Source: Asaia bogorensis | Lineage (GTDB): Bacteria; Pseudomonadota; Gammaproteobacteria; Burkholderiales; Burkholderiaceae_C | Direction: 5' to 3' | Assembly (NCBI GenBank): GCA_943371375.1 | Contig: CALRUM020000008.1 | Location: forward strand, 9,164 to 73,163 | Length of the DNA stretch: 64,000 bases | Part shown: positions 1 to 10,040 of the stretch, in pieces | How the letters are laid out: each line of letters begins with the position of its first letter | Numbering within the stretch: position 1 is the stretch's first letter | The notes under the pieces: generated by a model | Seen by the model: only the letters and a program-made list of their open reading frames with translations | What the model was told of the DNA's origin: nothing | Database searches by the model: none | Position numbers and translations under genes: made by a program

Positions 1-2
1 CC

Positions 3-869
3 AGCTCACCGACAGAAGCCGGCAAGGACTGCCACCGCGTGAAGTTCGTCTGGGACGGCAACGGCACCAACTTTTCGACATCGGTGGTCAAAGGCGCCAT
101 GACCGGATTTGGCCGCAACTGGCTGCTGCTGACCAGCGACTATCTGTGGGGCCACAACACCGCCAGGGGCATACGCAGCATCGTCGAAAACAACGGCGGG
201 CGCATCGTCGAGGAATTGCTGGTGCCGCAGAATACGCGCGACTTCTCGGCCCAACTGAAGAAAATCCAGCAGCTCAACCCCGGCGTGATTGCCACCGCAG
301 TCGGCGGCGAAGACCTCAAGGCGCTGCGCGAACAGGTGCGCAAGGCCGGGCTGGACCGCAGTTTCGGCTGGATCAACAACCAGGCCGACTGGCCCGACGT
401 GTACGGCCTGGGGCGCGAGGCCATGTTCGGCATATTCGGCACGACCTGGTATTGGGGGCTGACCTTGCCGGGTGTCAGGGAGTTTGTGGCGCGCTACCAG
501 CGCGCCAATCCGGGGTATCGCATCAAGGTGCCGGGCAATGTGTTCTACAACGGTTACATGGCCACCCACGAGTTGTTTGGCGCGATGGAGCGGGTGGGAT
601 CCACCAACAACCTGAAAATTATCCGTGAGCTGGAGAGCCTCAAGGTTCCGGCCGCGCGGCGCATGCAACACGAAGACGCCTACATGAACCCCGTGACGCA
701 CCAGTTGCAGCAGAACATCTACATGGCCTCGTACAACTCCTACCCCAAGCAGGATGACGACATCTTCCGCATCCTCGGACGGCTGCGGCCTGATGAGGTG
801 GAGGACAAGGACGCCCTGCAGCAATGCAAACTCGAGTCCTACGCCCTGACGCCAACTTACGAGCCGTAA
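3..869 (+). CDS. ABC transporter periplasmic substrate-binding protein, branched-chain amino acid (Liv/Leu-BP-like) family; 5' truncated by window edge
   Basis: Frame is open from position 3 through ORF 39..869. It carries LTSDYLWGH and VPQNTRDFSAQLKKI motifs typical of Peripla_BP_6 proteins and is followed by a LivH-like permease. Confidence 0.8.
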   Translation, partial: SSPTEAGKDCHRVKFVWDGNGTNFSTSVVKGAMTGFGRNWLLLTSDYLWGHNTARGIRSIVENNGGRIVEELLVPQNTRDFSAQLKKIQQLNPGVIATAVGGEDLKALREQVRKAGLDRSFGWINNQADWPDVYGLGREAMFGIFGTTWYWGLTLPGVREFVARYQRANPGYRIKVPGNVFYNGYMATHELFGAMERVGSTNNLKIIRELESLKVPAARRMQHEDAYMNPVTHQLQQNIYMASYNSYPKQDDDIFRILGRLRPDEVEDKDALQQCKLESYALTPTYEP

Positions 870-910
870 GCAGACCACGCGCAACCCACTCCCACAACGC
901 AAAGACTTTC

Positions 911-1840
911 ATGGATTTCATTTTTCAAATTCTTCCGCATCTCGTCAACGGCGTGTCGCTGGGCCTGCTGTTTGCGCTCATCGCGCTGGGTTTCATGCTG
1001 ATTGTCGGGGTCATGGAGACCATCAACCTCGCGCATGGTTCGCTCTTTGCGCTGGGCATGTATGTCGCGTTGTTTCTGGTGGCGCCGCAACTGGGCATGT
1101 TTCCCGGGCTGCAGGCCTGGTACATGGCTTTTTCGATAGAAACCCGTTACCTGCTGGCCCTGATCCTGGCGCCAATATTTGTCGGTCTGTTTGGCATGCT
1201 GCTGGAGTTGTGCATGCGGCGTACCTACGGCCGCGATCCGCTGTATGGGCTGTTGCTGACCTTCGGCGCGGCGCTGGTGATTGAAGAGGGCATACGGGTG
1301 ATCTGGGGGTCGTCTGAAAAACAACTGGCCTTGCCACAGGCGATTTCCGGCGCTTTCCTGCTGGGTGATCTGATCTACTCGAAGTACCGCTTTTTTGCCA
1401 GCGGTTTTGCCATAGTGATGATTCTGCTGCTCTGGATATTCCTGCAGAAAACGCCTTACGGTGCCATCATCAAGGCAGGCGCGCATGACAGCGAAATGGT
1501 GCGCGCCCTGGGCATCAACCTGTCGCGCCTGCGCCTGTTTGTGTTCGGCCTGGGCGTGGCGCTGGCGGCGATTGCCGGCGTGGTGATGGCGCCCATCTGG
1601 GGCATCCGGCCGCATGTGGGTGTGGACGCGGTGGTGCCGGCCTTCCTGATCATTGTGCTGGGCGGCGTGGGGTCGCTGTGGGGCGCGGTGATCGCCGGAC
1701 TGATGGTCGGCATGGTGGTCGGTCTGACGGGCTCTTATGCCTCCGAGTGGTCGCTGATGTCCATGTACCTGTTGTTTATTGCCGTGGTGACTTTTCGCTC
1801 ACGCGGCCTGTTTGGAAAGAAGAGTGTGCTCGATGTCTGA
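911..1840 (+). CDS. Branched-chain amino acid ABC transporter permease (LivH-like)
   Basis: NGVSLGLLFALIALG...INLAHG and TPYGAIIKAGAHDSEMVRALGIN (EAA-like loop) motifs; many TM segments; ATG at 911. Confidence 0.9.
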   Translation: MDFIFQILPHLVNGVSLGLLFALIALGFMLIVGVMETINLAHGSLFALGMYVALFLVAPQLGMFPGLQAWYMAFSIETRYLLALILAPIFVGLFGMLLELCMRRTYGRDPLYGLLLTFGAALVIEEGIRVIWGSSEKQLALPQAISGAFLLGDLIYSKYRFFASGFAIVMILLLWIFLQKTPYGAIIKAGAHDSEMVRALGINLSRLRLFVFGLGVALAAIAGVVMAPIWGIRPHVGVDAVVPAFLIIVLGGVGSLWGAVIAGLMVGMVVGLTGSYASEWSLMSMYLLFIAVVTFRSRGLFGKKSVLDV

Positions 1841-2588
1841 CACCCGACAAGCCTTGCAGGGAAAGGTGGCCCTGGTCACCGGCGCCGCAGGCACCATGGG
1901 CCTGGCGGTCACACGCGCGCTGCTGGCAGACGGTTGCCAGGTGGCGATGGTGGATGTCAGCCGCGAGCGCAACAGCGCGCTGGCCGCCGAACTGGGTTCC
2001 TGTGCCTTGCCTTTTTCCTTTGATATCAGCGATGCGGCTGCAGTGGCCGCAGGCCATGCCGGGGTGGTGAAAAAACTGGGCCCCATCGACATTCTGGTGA
2101 ACAACGCCGGCATCCTGTCCAACAACAAGGTAGAAGCCACCAGCGCTGATGAGTGGCGGCGCGTGATGGGGGCCAATCTGGACGGCGCTTTTTACCTGGC
2201 ACAACAAGTGGTGCCGGGCATGAAGGCCAGGCGCTACGGACGCATCATCAACACCAGCTCACTGGCCGCCAAAACCGGTGGACTGACCGCGGGCACGGCG
2301 TATTCGGTGTCCAAGGGGGCCATGAGTTCGCTGACTTTTTCACTGGCGCGCGAGCTGGCATCGTTCGGTGTGACGGTCAACGCGATCGCACCGGCCTATG
2401 TCAAAACGCCGATGATCACCGAGCAGCTCACTGAAGAGCAGCGCCAGAAGCTGCTGCGCGATATCCCGGTAGGCCGTTTTTGCGAACCGGAAGAGTTTGC
2501 GCATGTGGTGCGCTTTCTGGCCTCGCCGCTGGCTGGCTTCATCACGGGTGAGATCATTGACCTGAACGGCGGGCTGCTGATGGACTGA
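1833..2588 (+). CDS. SDR family oxidoreductase (FabG-like)
   Basis: TGAAGTMG Rossmann motif, VNNAG, YSVSK catalytic motif, NAIAPA, ITGEIIDLNGG; start overlaps the upstream stop. Confidence 0.9.
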   Translation: MSDTRQALQGKVALVTGAAGTMGLAVTRALLADGCQVAMVDVSRERNSALAAELGSCALPFSFDISDAAAVAAGHAGVVKKLGPIDILVNNAGILSNNKVEATSADEWRRVMGANLDGAFYLAQQVVPGMKARRYGRIINTSSLAAKTGGLTAGTAYSVSKGAMSSLTFSLARELASFGVTVNAIAPAYVKTPMITEQLTEEQRQKLLRDIPVGRFCEPEEFAHVVRFLASPLAGFITGEIIDLNGGLLMD

Positions 2589-2634
2589 CCCTGGACGGCG
2601 TCCGCGTATACAAGCATCATTTTTCTGAACACTT

Positions 2635-3444
2635 ATGAGCATCACCCCGCGCATCGATTTCACTTCAGCACTGTCCGGACTTTTTGACCTGCGCGGTAAA
2701 ACGGCCTATGTTCCCGGGGGTTACGGCGGCATAGGCGAGGCCATCGCCTGGGCGCTGGCCCTGGCCGGCGCGCGCGTGGCGGTGTCCGGGCGCGACGAGG
2801 CCAAGGCACTGGCGGTGGCCGCTGCGTTGCGGGCTGCCGGTCATGAGGCCCTGGGCCTGGCGATGGATGCCCACTCGGTGCCGCATATCCAGCAATCGGT
2901 GGATGCGGTAGCGGGGCACTTCGCAGGACTCGACATCCTGGTCAACTGCGTGGGCATGCAGCGTGAGCAGGCGCTGCTGGAGGTCACCGAGGAAGTGTTT
3001 GACGAGGTGCTTGAGGTCAACCTCAAGGCGGCGATGTTTCTGGCCCAGGCGGCTGCGAAAAAACAGATCGATGGCGGCCGCGGCGGTGCGCAGATTCACC
3101 TGCTGTCGGTGCGCGCCCAGCTTGGCCTGCGCGGCCGCGGTTATTCGGCCTACTGCAGCAGCAAGGGCGGGCTGGTGATGATGATTCGCCAGCATGCCAG
3201 TGAGCTGGCCGTGCACGGCATCACGGTCAACGGCATTGCGCCTACGGTGGTTAAAACCGAGATGGCACGCCATTGGCTGGAAAATCCGGACACCCGCAAA
3301 CAGGTGTTGGAGCGCATTCCGCTGGGCCGCGTGGCCGATCCCCAGGATGTGGCGGGCGCTGCCGTGTTTTTTGCTGCGCCGGCAGCGTCTTTCATCACCG
3401 GTCAGGTGCTGTACCTGGACGGCGGCATCACGGCGTCGCAGTGA
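2635..3444 (+). CDS. SDR family oxidoreductase (gluconate 5-dehydrogenase/KduD-like)
   Basis: PGGYGGIG, YCSSK catalytic motif, VNGIAPT, ITGQVLYLDGG. Confidence 0.85.
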   Translation: MSITPRIDFTSALSGLFDLRGKTAYVPGGYGGIGEAIAWALALAGARVAVSGRDEAKALAVAAALRAAGHEALGLAMDAHSVPHIQQSVDAVAGHFAGLDILVNCVGMQREQALLEVTEEVFDEVLEVNLKAAMFLAQAAAKKQIDGGRGGAQIHLLSVRAQLGLRGRGYSAYCSSKGGLVMMIRQHASELAVHGITVNGIAPTVVKTEMARHWLENPDTRKQVLERIPLGRVADPQDVAGAAVFFAAPAASFITGQVLYLDGGITASQ

Positions 3445-3459
3445 GGCGCCAACTGGCTG

Positions 3460-4356
3460 CTATCCGCCCGGTTTGCGGTTCACCAGCACAATGCCCACAG
3501 CCACCAGCACCAGTGCGGCCATCAGGCTCGGCGTGACGTTTTCGTGGAGCCACAGTGCGCCGAAGACCAGCGCAAACAGCGGCGTCAAAAACACAAACAC
3601 GGAAATTTTGGTGGCCGGATACCGCCCCAGCATCCACATCCAGGCCAGATAGCTGGCGAAGGCGCCGACCACCGTCTGCAGCAGCAGCGAGGTGACGGCA
3701 AAAGGGCTGAAAGTCCAGACCCACTGCTCCCCCAGCGCCAGGGAAAGGCAAGGCAGGGCAGCCGTGCTCACTGCCACCTGATAGAACAACAGTTTTTCGG
3801 CCGACACCCGGGCCAGCGAGGAGCCGCGTATCACCACCGTGGTCAGGCCCCAGAACATGCCGGCGGCCAGCGCCAGCAGGTCTCCGGGCCAGGTGGAGGC
3901 CGCACCGGCGCTGAAACCTTCGCGCAGCGCAAACACCACGGCGGCGAAAGCACAGGCCAGACCGCCCCATTGCACGGCACTGAGTTTTTCCGCTTGCACC
4001 CAGAGCGGCAACAGGGCCGCCACCCAGAACGGTGAGGTGTAGAGAAACACCGTGAGCCGTGAAGCGCTGGTGTACTGCAGGCCCACATACAGGCAGGCAA
4101 ACTCCAGCGCGAACAGCCCGCCCGCCAGCAGCCCCGCAGCCAGCGACCCGTCTGCGGCAAACAGCCGCACCCGGCGCCAGGCGCACCACAGCAGCAGCAG
4201 CAAGGTGGCACCGGCAAACCGGAGAGAGGCCTGAAACACCGGCGGCAGCTCGGCCAGCGTGGCTTTCACCAGCACCTGCTGGAAGCCCCAGAACAGGCAA
4301 CAGGCCAGCAGCAGGGAGATGGCCGGCGCGTCGAGATGGGTTTTACGGATAGGCAT
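3460..4356 (-). CDS. DMT/EamA family transporter
   Basis: About 10 hydrophobic segments in two EamA repeats; FWGFQQVLVK and GLQYTSASRLTVFLYTSPFW motifs. Confidence 0.9.
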   Translation of the reverse strand: MPIRKTHLDAPAISLLLACCLFWGFQQVLVKATLAELPPVFQASLRFAGATLLLLLWCAWRRVRLFAADGSLAAGLLAGGLFALEFACLYVGLQYTSASRLTVFLYTSPFWVAALLPLWVQAEKLSAVQWGGLACAFAAVVFALREGFSAGAASTWPGDLLALAAGMFWGLTTVVIRGSSLARVSAEKLLFYQVAVSTAALPCLSLALGEQWVWTFSPFAVTSLLLQTVVGAFASYLAWMWMLGRYPATKISVFVFLTPLFALVFGALWLHENVTPSLMAALVLVAVGIVLVNRKPGG

Positions 4357-4442
4357 ACAGGCATGGTAGTGGAGGCGCGCGGGTTTTCCGCGAGCCGCGC
4401 AGAACGAATACCATGGGAGGCATTCTTCAACAAGGCAGTGCT

Positions 4443-5345
4443 GTGGACCACAAATGGCTTGAAGACTTTATTGCACTGGCAAGAGAGCGCAGTTTTTCGC
4501 GCGCCGCAGAGCTTCGCCATGTGACCCAGCCGCAGTTCTCGCGGCGCATACGCGCGCTGGAGCTCTGGGCGGGTGCCGATCTGATCAATCGCGCGGTCAC
4601 GCCCCTGGTGCTGACCAGTGCGGGTGAGGAGTTGCTGCCGGTAGCCAGGCGGGCCGCAGTCAGCCTGGCGGACGTCCGCGCCCGCATCCGCCATGCGCGC
4701 GGCGGGCTGGACTGGGTGACGCTTGCAACCGGGCGCACGCTCTCACGCACCGCAGTTCCCGGCTGGCTCGCGCGTGTCAAGCGGGAAGCCGGGGAGTTCC
4801 GCTTGCGCATGCTGACGGGCTCCATCCATGAAGGCGCCACGGCGCTGGAGCAGGGGGCGGCGGATTTTCTGCTGTCATTCACGCACCCCCGCCTGCCGCT
4901 GCTGCTGGACGAGCAGACGTTTGAAGGCTTTACGCTGGGCACCGACGAGCTGGTGGCGGTAAGCGCCCCCCGGCCTGACGGTCGAGCCCTGCATGAGCTT
5001 CCCGGCAGCGCGCGCAAACCTGCCCGGGTGCTGGGTTATGCACCCACCCTTGCGCTCAGCCAGATTCTCCAGGACGGACTGGGGCGCAGCCGGCGCGAGC
5101 TGCACCTGCACACGGTGACCGAGTCGGATTTTGCCGAGTCCCTGCACGAGCAGGCGGTGCAGGGGGTAGGCCTGGCATGGTTGCCCCGGGGACTGGTGGG
5201 CGCAGACCTGCACAGTGGCCGGCTGGTTGAGGTGGACGCTGAGGGGACGGTGCGTTTTGAAATCCGCCTGTACCGCTCACGCAGCCCGCGTAACGAGCTG
5301 GTGCAACGCATCTGGGCGGCAAGCACAGAGCCACTGCCCGCCTGA
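4443..5345 (+). CDS. LysR-family transcriptional regulator (YjiE/HypT-like clade)
   Basis: N-terminal HTH WLEDFIALARERSFSRAAELRHVTQPQFSRRIRALE; GTG start at 4443. Confidence 0.92.
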   Translation: MDHKWLEDFIALARERSFSRAAELRHVTQPQFSRRIRALELWAGADLINRAVTPLVLTSAGEELLPVARRAAVSLADVRARIRHARGGLDWVTLATGRTLSRTAVPGWLARVKREAGEFRLRMLTGSIHEGATALEQGAADFLLSFTHPRLPLLLDEQTFEGFTLGTDELVAVSAPRPDGRALHELPGSARKPARVLGYAPTLALSQILQDGLGRSRRELHLHTVTESDFAESLHEQAVQGVGLAWLPRGLVGADLHSGRLVEVDAEGTVRFEIRLYRSRSPRNELVQRIWAASTEPLPA

Positions 5346-5359
5346 GCTCGCATGTGCCC

Positions 5360-5374
5360 ATGCGTGATGCGCAT
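5360..5374. promoter_or_regulatory. Candidate LysR box (T-N11-A) upstream of the Bug/M14 peptidase genes
   Basis: ATGCGTGATGCGCAT is an ATGCG/CGCAT inverted repeat with T-N11-A spacing, between the LysR gene and the Bug gene. Confidence 0.45.
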
Positions 5375-5425
5375 GCCTGGCCGGGGGGCGGCTTCTAGAC
5401 TGGCGCGACCAACCAGGAGTCCATC

Positions 5426-6433
5426 ATGTCTGAACTGTCCACCTTTACCCGCCGCAGCGCGCTACGCACGCTGGGGCTTGCAGCAACCGGGCTGCTGAGC
5501 CTGCCGCTTGTGTTTGCCCAGTCGTGGCCCACGGCCAAACCCATTACCCTGATCGTGGGTTACCCCGCCGGCGGCAGTGTGGACCTGGTGGCCCGCATCG
5601 TGGCCGAGCCCTTGTCCAGGCGCCTGGGCACGCCCGTGGTGGTTGAAAATATAGGCGGCGCGGGCGGAACCATAGGAGCGCAAAAGGTGGTGAACGCGGC
5701 GCCTGACGGCCATACCCTGCTGCTGGGGTCGGGCAGTGAAGTTTCCATCGCCAGGCTGTTCAACACGGCGGTGAAGTACAACGGCGAGACCGATCTGGCG
5801 CCGATTGGCCTGATCGGCATCACACCCATGGTGTTTGTGGCCGGCCCCAAGGCGGGCGTGAAGACCATGGAGGAAGCACTGGCCAAATCCAGGCGTGAGC
5901 CCAACCGGCTCAACTTTGCCTCATCGGGCATAGGCACTCCCCTGCATGTGTCGGGTGAACTCATCAACTTGCTGGGGGGTACCAGTTTCCGGCATGTGCC
6001 TTACCGCGGCGCAGCGCAGATGGTGCAGGACATATTGGGCAGCAACGTGGAATTCAGTGTGTTTGTGCTGTCATCGGCCTTGCCACACATCGAGGCCGGC
6101 AAGATGACGGCGCTGGGTGTGACCACGCCCACACGTTCGCGCGCCGCGCCGCAAATTCCTGCGCTCGGTGAAAACCCGCGCCTCAAGGGTTACGACATGA
6201 ATGTCTGGTTTGGCCTGTTCGGACCGGCCAAACTCCCGTCGCCCATGACCGCGCGCCTGAACAAGGAGCTCAATGAAATTCTCCGTGAGCAGGAGGTCTG
6301 GCAGAAACTGCAAAAAGCCGGCATCTCGAATGACGGCGGCACGCCGCAGGCGCTGAGCGCTTTCATCAAGGCCGAGACCCTGCGGGTTCGCAGCGTGGTC
6401 AACAAGGCGGTCGCGACGGGATCAACTTCGTGA
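5426..6433 (+). CDS. Bug/TctC tripartite tricarboxylate transporter substrate-binding protein
   Basis: KPITLIVGYPAGGSVDLVAR, VVENIGGAGG, VPYRGAA motifs; Tat-like RRSAL signal; AGGAG RBS. Confidence 0.93.
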   Translation: MSELSTFTRRSALRTLGLAATGLLSLPLVFAQSWPTAKPITLIVGYPAGGSVDLVARIVAEPLSRRLGTPVVVENIGGAGGTIGAQKVVNAAPDGHTLLLGSGSEVSIARLFNTAVKYNGETDLAPIGLIGITPMVFVAGPKAGVKTMEEALAKSRREPNRLNFASSGIGTPLHVSGELINLLGGTSFRHVPYRGAAQMVQDILGSNVEFSVFVLSSALPHIEAGKMTALGVTTPTRSRAAPQIPALGENPRLKGYDMNVWFGLFGPAKLPSPMTARLNKELNEILREQEVWQKLQKAGISNDGGTPQALSAFIKAETLRVRSVVNKAVATGSTS

Positions 6434-6455
6434 AGGCCAGGGCGTTCGCGGCCCT

Positions 6456-7442
6456 GTGTGGCCGGGCGTGAGAACCGCGCCGCCAGCGCATCCCCTGCAG
6501 ATCGCGGCCCCGGAGTTGGCGTGCTGGGCCGTCAGCGGTTCTGGTGTGCCCTATGTTCTGGAGGGGGCCGGGCAGGCGCCTGGGCCGGAGGTTCTGATCA
6601 CGGCCCTGGTGCATGGCAACGAATATTCGGGTGCGGTGGCGCTGGACGCCTTTTTGCGCTGTAGCGCGCAGCCCCGGCGCGGTCGCGTCACTGCGATTTT
6701 TTGCAACATGGCTGCATTTTCGGCCTTCGATCCGCGTGCGCCCGACAACTCGCGCTTTCTCGAAGAGGATTTCAACCGCGTGTGGGCCACGGCGCAGCTC
6801 GACGGGCTGCGCCACAGTGCCGAATTGGGGCGCGCCCGGGAAATCCGCCATTTTGTGGACCGCGCCACCCACTTGCTGGACCTGCATTCGATGCATGAAC
6901 CTTGTTCGCCGCTGCTGGTCACCGGCTTGCTGCCGCGCAATATCGCGTTTGCCCAAAGCCTGGGGACGGTCTGCCAGGTGGTGGCGGACAGCGGACATGC
7001 GGACGGCGTTCGCATGCGCGACTATGGGCCTTTTGGCGACGCGGCCAGCTCGCGCATCGCCCTGCTGCTGGAGGCCGGACAGCACTGGGAGCTGTCGTCC
7101 GTGCAAACGTCCCGCAACGTGCTGATGCGTTTCCTCGTTCGTGCGGGGGTGTTTGACCGGGATCAGGTCGCGCCTGGCTGGTTGTTGCCGGACATGGCGC
7201 CACCGGCGCCGGTCGAGGTCACGCACCGTGTGGTGGCGAAATCGATGGATTTCGAATTTGTGCAGGACTTCCGGGGTGGAGAAACCCTGGGCCGTGCCGG
7301 CACGCTGATTGCGCGTGATGCAGGCGAACCGGTGTTCACACCCTATGACAATTGCGTGCTGGTCATGCCCTCGGTCCGGCAGCTGCGGCCGGGCGTCACC
7401 ACGGTCAGGCTGGGGCGCCGGGTACATGCCGAAATGGAATGA
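6456..7442 (+). CDS. Succinylglutamate desuccinylase/aspartoacylase family (M14-like Zn hydrolase)
   Basis: HGNE Zn motif, DFNR, DLHSM, LLLEAG; exact start codon uncertain. Confidence 0.85.
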   Translation: MWPGVRTAPPAHPLQIAAPELACWAVSGSGVPYVLEGAGQAPGPEVLITALVHGNEYSGAVALDAFLRCSAQPRRGRVTAIFCNMAAFSAFDPRAPDNSRFLEEDFNRVWATAQLDGLRHSAELGRAREIRHFVDRATHLLDLHSMHEPCSPLLVTGLLPRNIAFAQSLGTVCQVVADSGHADGVRMRDYGPFGDAASSRIALLLEAGQHWELSSVQTSRNVLMRFLVRAGVFDRDQVAPGWLLPDMAPPAPVEVTHRVVAKSMDFEFVQDFRGGETLGRAGTLIARDAGEPVFTPYDNCVLVMPSVRQLRPGVTTVRLGRRVHAEME

Positions 7443-7512
7443 ACCGAGTCCAAAATTTCCCACCACACCCGGCCGCGCCTTTTACAGTTCCTTATCCACC
7501 ACGGAGCTCCCC

Positions 7513-8469
7513 ATGAAGCTGATCACGCGATGTTTTCCCGGCCTGATGGTCACTGTCTTGCTGGCCGCCTGCGTCAGCGCGCCGCCCAAGCCGGGCCTGA
7601 CACAGGTCGGTATTTACGCCGCAGGGCCGGGCAGCGCGTTTTTGCCCTATGCGCAGGGCCTCGCTGCCTACCTCAGCGCGCAAGGCCTCCAGGCGGAAGC
7701 GCTGGAGTCCAAAGGCTCGATTGAAAACCTGGGCCGGGTTGAGCAGGAGCCGGGCAAGCTGGGCACCGCTTTTCTGGGCACGGCCTTTGAGGCGGTCCAT
7801 GGCAGCGCGGCCTGGACCCAGGGCAAAAAGCATGGCCATGTGCGCGCACTGTTTCCGATGTACCAAACCTCGTTCCAGGTGGTGGCGCTGCGCGCGTCGG
7901 GCATACGCAATCTCGCGCAACTTGCGGGCAAACGCGTGGGTGTTGGCCCTGCGGGCGGACCGGCGGAGAGTTTTTTCAGGGGCCTGGCCGAAGCCACCGG
8001 CCTTCAGGTGCAAACCGTGGCCGGAACCCCGGCCGCATTGGCCACTGACTTGCAGGCGGGCCGCATAGATGCGCTCTGGCAGGGTGCGGCACTTCCGATA
8101 CCTGCCATCAAGCAGGTGGCAGATGCGGCGGACGCTGTGGTTTTCGGCCTTACGGACGCAGAGCTGGCTGCCATGCTCAAACGCTTCCCCTTTCTCAGTC
8201 CGGCCAGCGTGGCGTCCAACACCTACCGGGGCCAGGGCGCGCCGCTCCAGAGTGTGGCTGCGTGGAATTTTGTGATGGCACACAAGGACATGTCCGAAGC
8301 CGATGCCTACTGGATCACGCGCACCGCGCTGTCGGCCGCCGACCCGCAGCTGATTCACCCCAGTGCCGGGCCGACCCGCGCGGCCAATGCGCCGAACAAC
8401 ACCGTCGTGCCCTTCCATCCGGGCGCCTTGAAGTTTTACCGCGAGCGCGGCATCGCCGGTTTGAAGTAG
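7513..8469 (+). CDS. TAXI-family TRAP transporter solute-binding protein (probable lipoprotein)
   Basis: ESKGSIENL, LAGKRVGVGPAGG, VPFHPGALKFYRERG motifs; LLAAC lipobox; ATG at 7513 after GGAG. Confidence 0.88.
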   Translation: MKLITRCFPGLMVTVLLAACVSAPPKPGLTQVGIYAAGPGSAFLPYAQGLAAYLSAQGLQAEALESKGSIENLGRVEQEPGKLGTAFLGTAFEAVHGSAAWTQGKKHGHVRALFPMYQTSFQVVALRASGIRNLAQLAGKRVGVGPAGGPAESFFRGLAEATGLQVQTVAGTPAALATDLQAGRIDALWQGAALPIPAIKQVADAADAVVFGLTDAELAAMLKRFPFLSPASVASNTYRGQGAPLQSVAAWNFVMAHKDMSEADAYWITRTALSAADPQLIHPSAGPTRAANAPNNTVVPFHPGALKFYRERGIAGLK

Positions 8470-8517
8470 CGCTGCGGCCGCCGGACTCGAAGGCAACATC
8501 CCGCGTAAAATCGGGTC

Positions 8518-9363
8518 ATGCATTTTGCCTGTGCCGTCGCCGTTCTGGCGGCCTCCTTGTCCATGGGGGTTCTCGCCCAGCCGGCGGGCCCCTGCGACGA
8601 GTTTGTTCGCCGTTTGCCGAATGTGAAGCGCCATCTGTGCGAATCCGTAAAGCTGCAGGCGACCACTGCCCGTTCGGTCCGGGGCCAGACGCTCTGGAAG
8701 CGCGATGTGAAACCCGATGACGTGCGCCAGCGTGTGCTGGTGATTGGTGCCATCCATGGGGATGAGTTGTCGTCCGCTTCGGTGGCCTTGCACTGGATCA
8801 GGCTGGCCGAGGAAACCACCGCGCCATGGTCGCAGGCGATCCACTGGCGCTTTATCCCTGCGCTCAATCCCGACGGCTTGCTGGCCACTCCACCGCGCCG
8901 GGTCAACGGACGCGGTGTTGATCTGAATCGCAACTTCCCCACACCCAACTGGACGCGCGACGCCGGTGTCTACTGGGAAAAACGCACACGCAAAGACCCG
9001 CGCCGATGGCCTGGCCCGGCACCACTGTCAGAGCCTGAATCGCGGTTCTTGCATGAAGAGATGCAGCGCTTCAAGCCGGACCTGATCGTCAGCATCCATG
9101 CGCCCTATGGCGTGCTTGATTTTGACGGCCCATCGGTTCCGCCGTCCCGATTGGGGCGGCTGTATCTGGACCAGGTCGGCATTTTTCCGGGTTCGCTCGG
9201 CAACTACGGCGGCGTGCACAAGGGGGTGCCGGTGGTCACGATCGAACTGCCGAACGCCATGCGCACACCGCTGGATGCCGAGATGCGCCAGATGTGGCTG
9301 GACTTGCTGCGCTGGATGAGCGAGCGCATGGGTCCTGCCCTGCCAGGGCCCCGGGTGCCGTGA
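8518..9363 (+). CDS. mpaA: Murein peptide amidase A-like M14 Zn carboxypeptidase with signal peptide
   Basis: IHGDE, LNPDG, RVNGRGVDLNRNF, SIHAP, TIELP motifs. Confidence 0.75.
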   Translation: MHFACAVAVLAASLSMGVLAQPAGPCDEFVRRLPNVKRHLCESVKLQATTARSVRGQTLWKRDVKPDDVRQRVLVIGAIHGDELSSASVALHWIRLAEETTAPWSQAIHWRFIPALNPDGLLATPPRRVNGRGVDLNRNFPTPNWTRDAGVYWEKRTRKDPRRWPGPAPLSEPESRFLHEEMQRFKPDLIVSIHAPYGVLDFDGPSVPPSRLGRLYLDQVGIFPGSLGNYGGVHKGVPVVTIELPNAMRTPLDAEMRQMWLDLLRWMSERMGPALPGPRVP

Positions 9364-9386
9364 CCGCCCGGCCGCGTGAGGCATCA

Positions 9387-9445
9387 AGTAAAATTGGATC
9401 GCAGCCCTTATCTAACGGGCGCCAGTAGCTATCAATAACATAGCA
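9387..9445 (-). repeat. REP-like repeat family A, intergenic copy (17-nt palindromic head + ~40-nt body)
   Basis: Head GCTATCAATAACATAGC at 9429-9445; body aligns with the copies at 14511, 21745, 37659, 44469 and 49681. Confidence 0.8.
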
Positions 9446-9468
9446 AGCGGTGGCCCGGTGGGCCAGCA

Positions 9469-9813
9469 TCAAGGGCGCTTGAGCTTCTGATAGGCCTGGT
9501 CCATGGCGGCGCTTTTGCCGGTGTCCTGCAAATTCTGCTTCAGGTCGCGCGCGGCCTGCCGGATCTGCGGGTCCGGCTGTGCGGCGGTCATGCGGCTGGT
9601 CTGGTCGCGCTCATGGGGCAAGGCCAGACTGCTCTCATCCGATGCGTCTTGCGGCGTCACGTTTTGGCCCGGACGCGACCGCCCCGCTGCCGGCGTTTGG
9701 GCCGGCATGCCTTCGCTGCTGCCCGGCTCGGCAGACGCTAGCGCCGGTGGGTGCTGCGCCGCTGCAGCTTTAGCGGGCGGCCGGGGTGCCTGTGATGGAC
9801 GCGGACTGCGCAT
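9469..9813 (-). CDS. Hypothetical protein (Pro/Ala-rich N-terminus, DESSLALPHERDQ...DLKQNLQDT C-terminus)
   Basis: ATG at 9813 preceded by AAGGAG; low-complexity N-terminus with an ordered-looking C-terminus. Confidence 0.65.
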   Translation of the reverse strand: MRSPRPSQAPRPPAKAAAAQHPPALASAEPGSSEGMPAQTPAAGRSRPGQNVTPQDASDESSLALPHERDQTSRMTAAQPDPQIRQAARDLKQNLQDTGKSAAMDQAYQKLKRP

Positions 9814-10040
9814 GGGTTTTCTCCTTGAAGTTAGGCGGTGCCTGCCTGCACGATCGCGCCTGGCCACCCCCGCGTCTGTCAGCGCATGGCATGGTGCCCT
9901 GTAGGAAGGCCTGCTCTCGAAGCCCGGATTCGCCCTGAGCCAGGCAAAGGGCTACGATGTCACCTGCGGCGTGGGCGTTGGGGCCTGGGCAGTCAGCCGC
10001 TGGATGGCCGGTCAAAAAATGGGACACAGGGGCTTATGGC

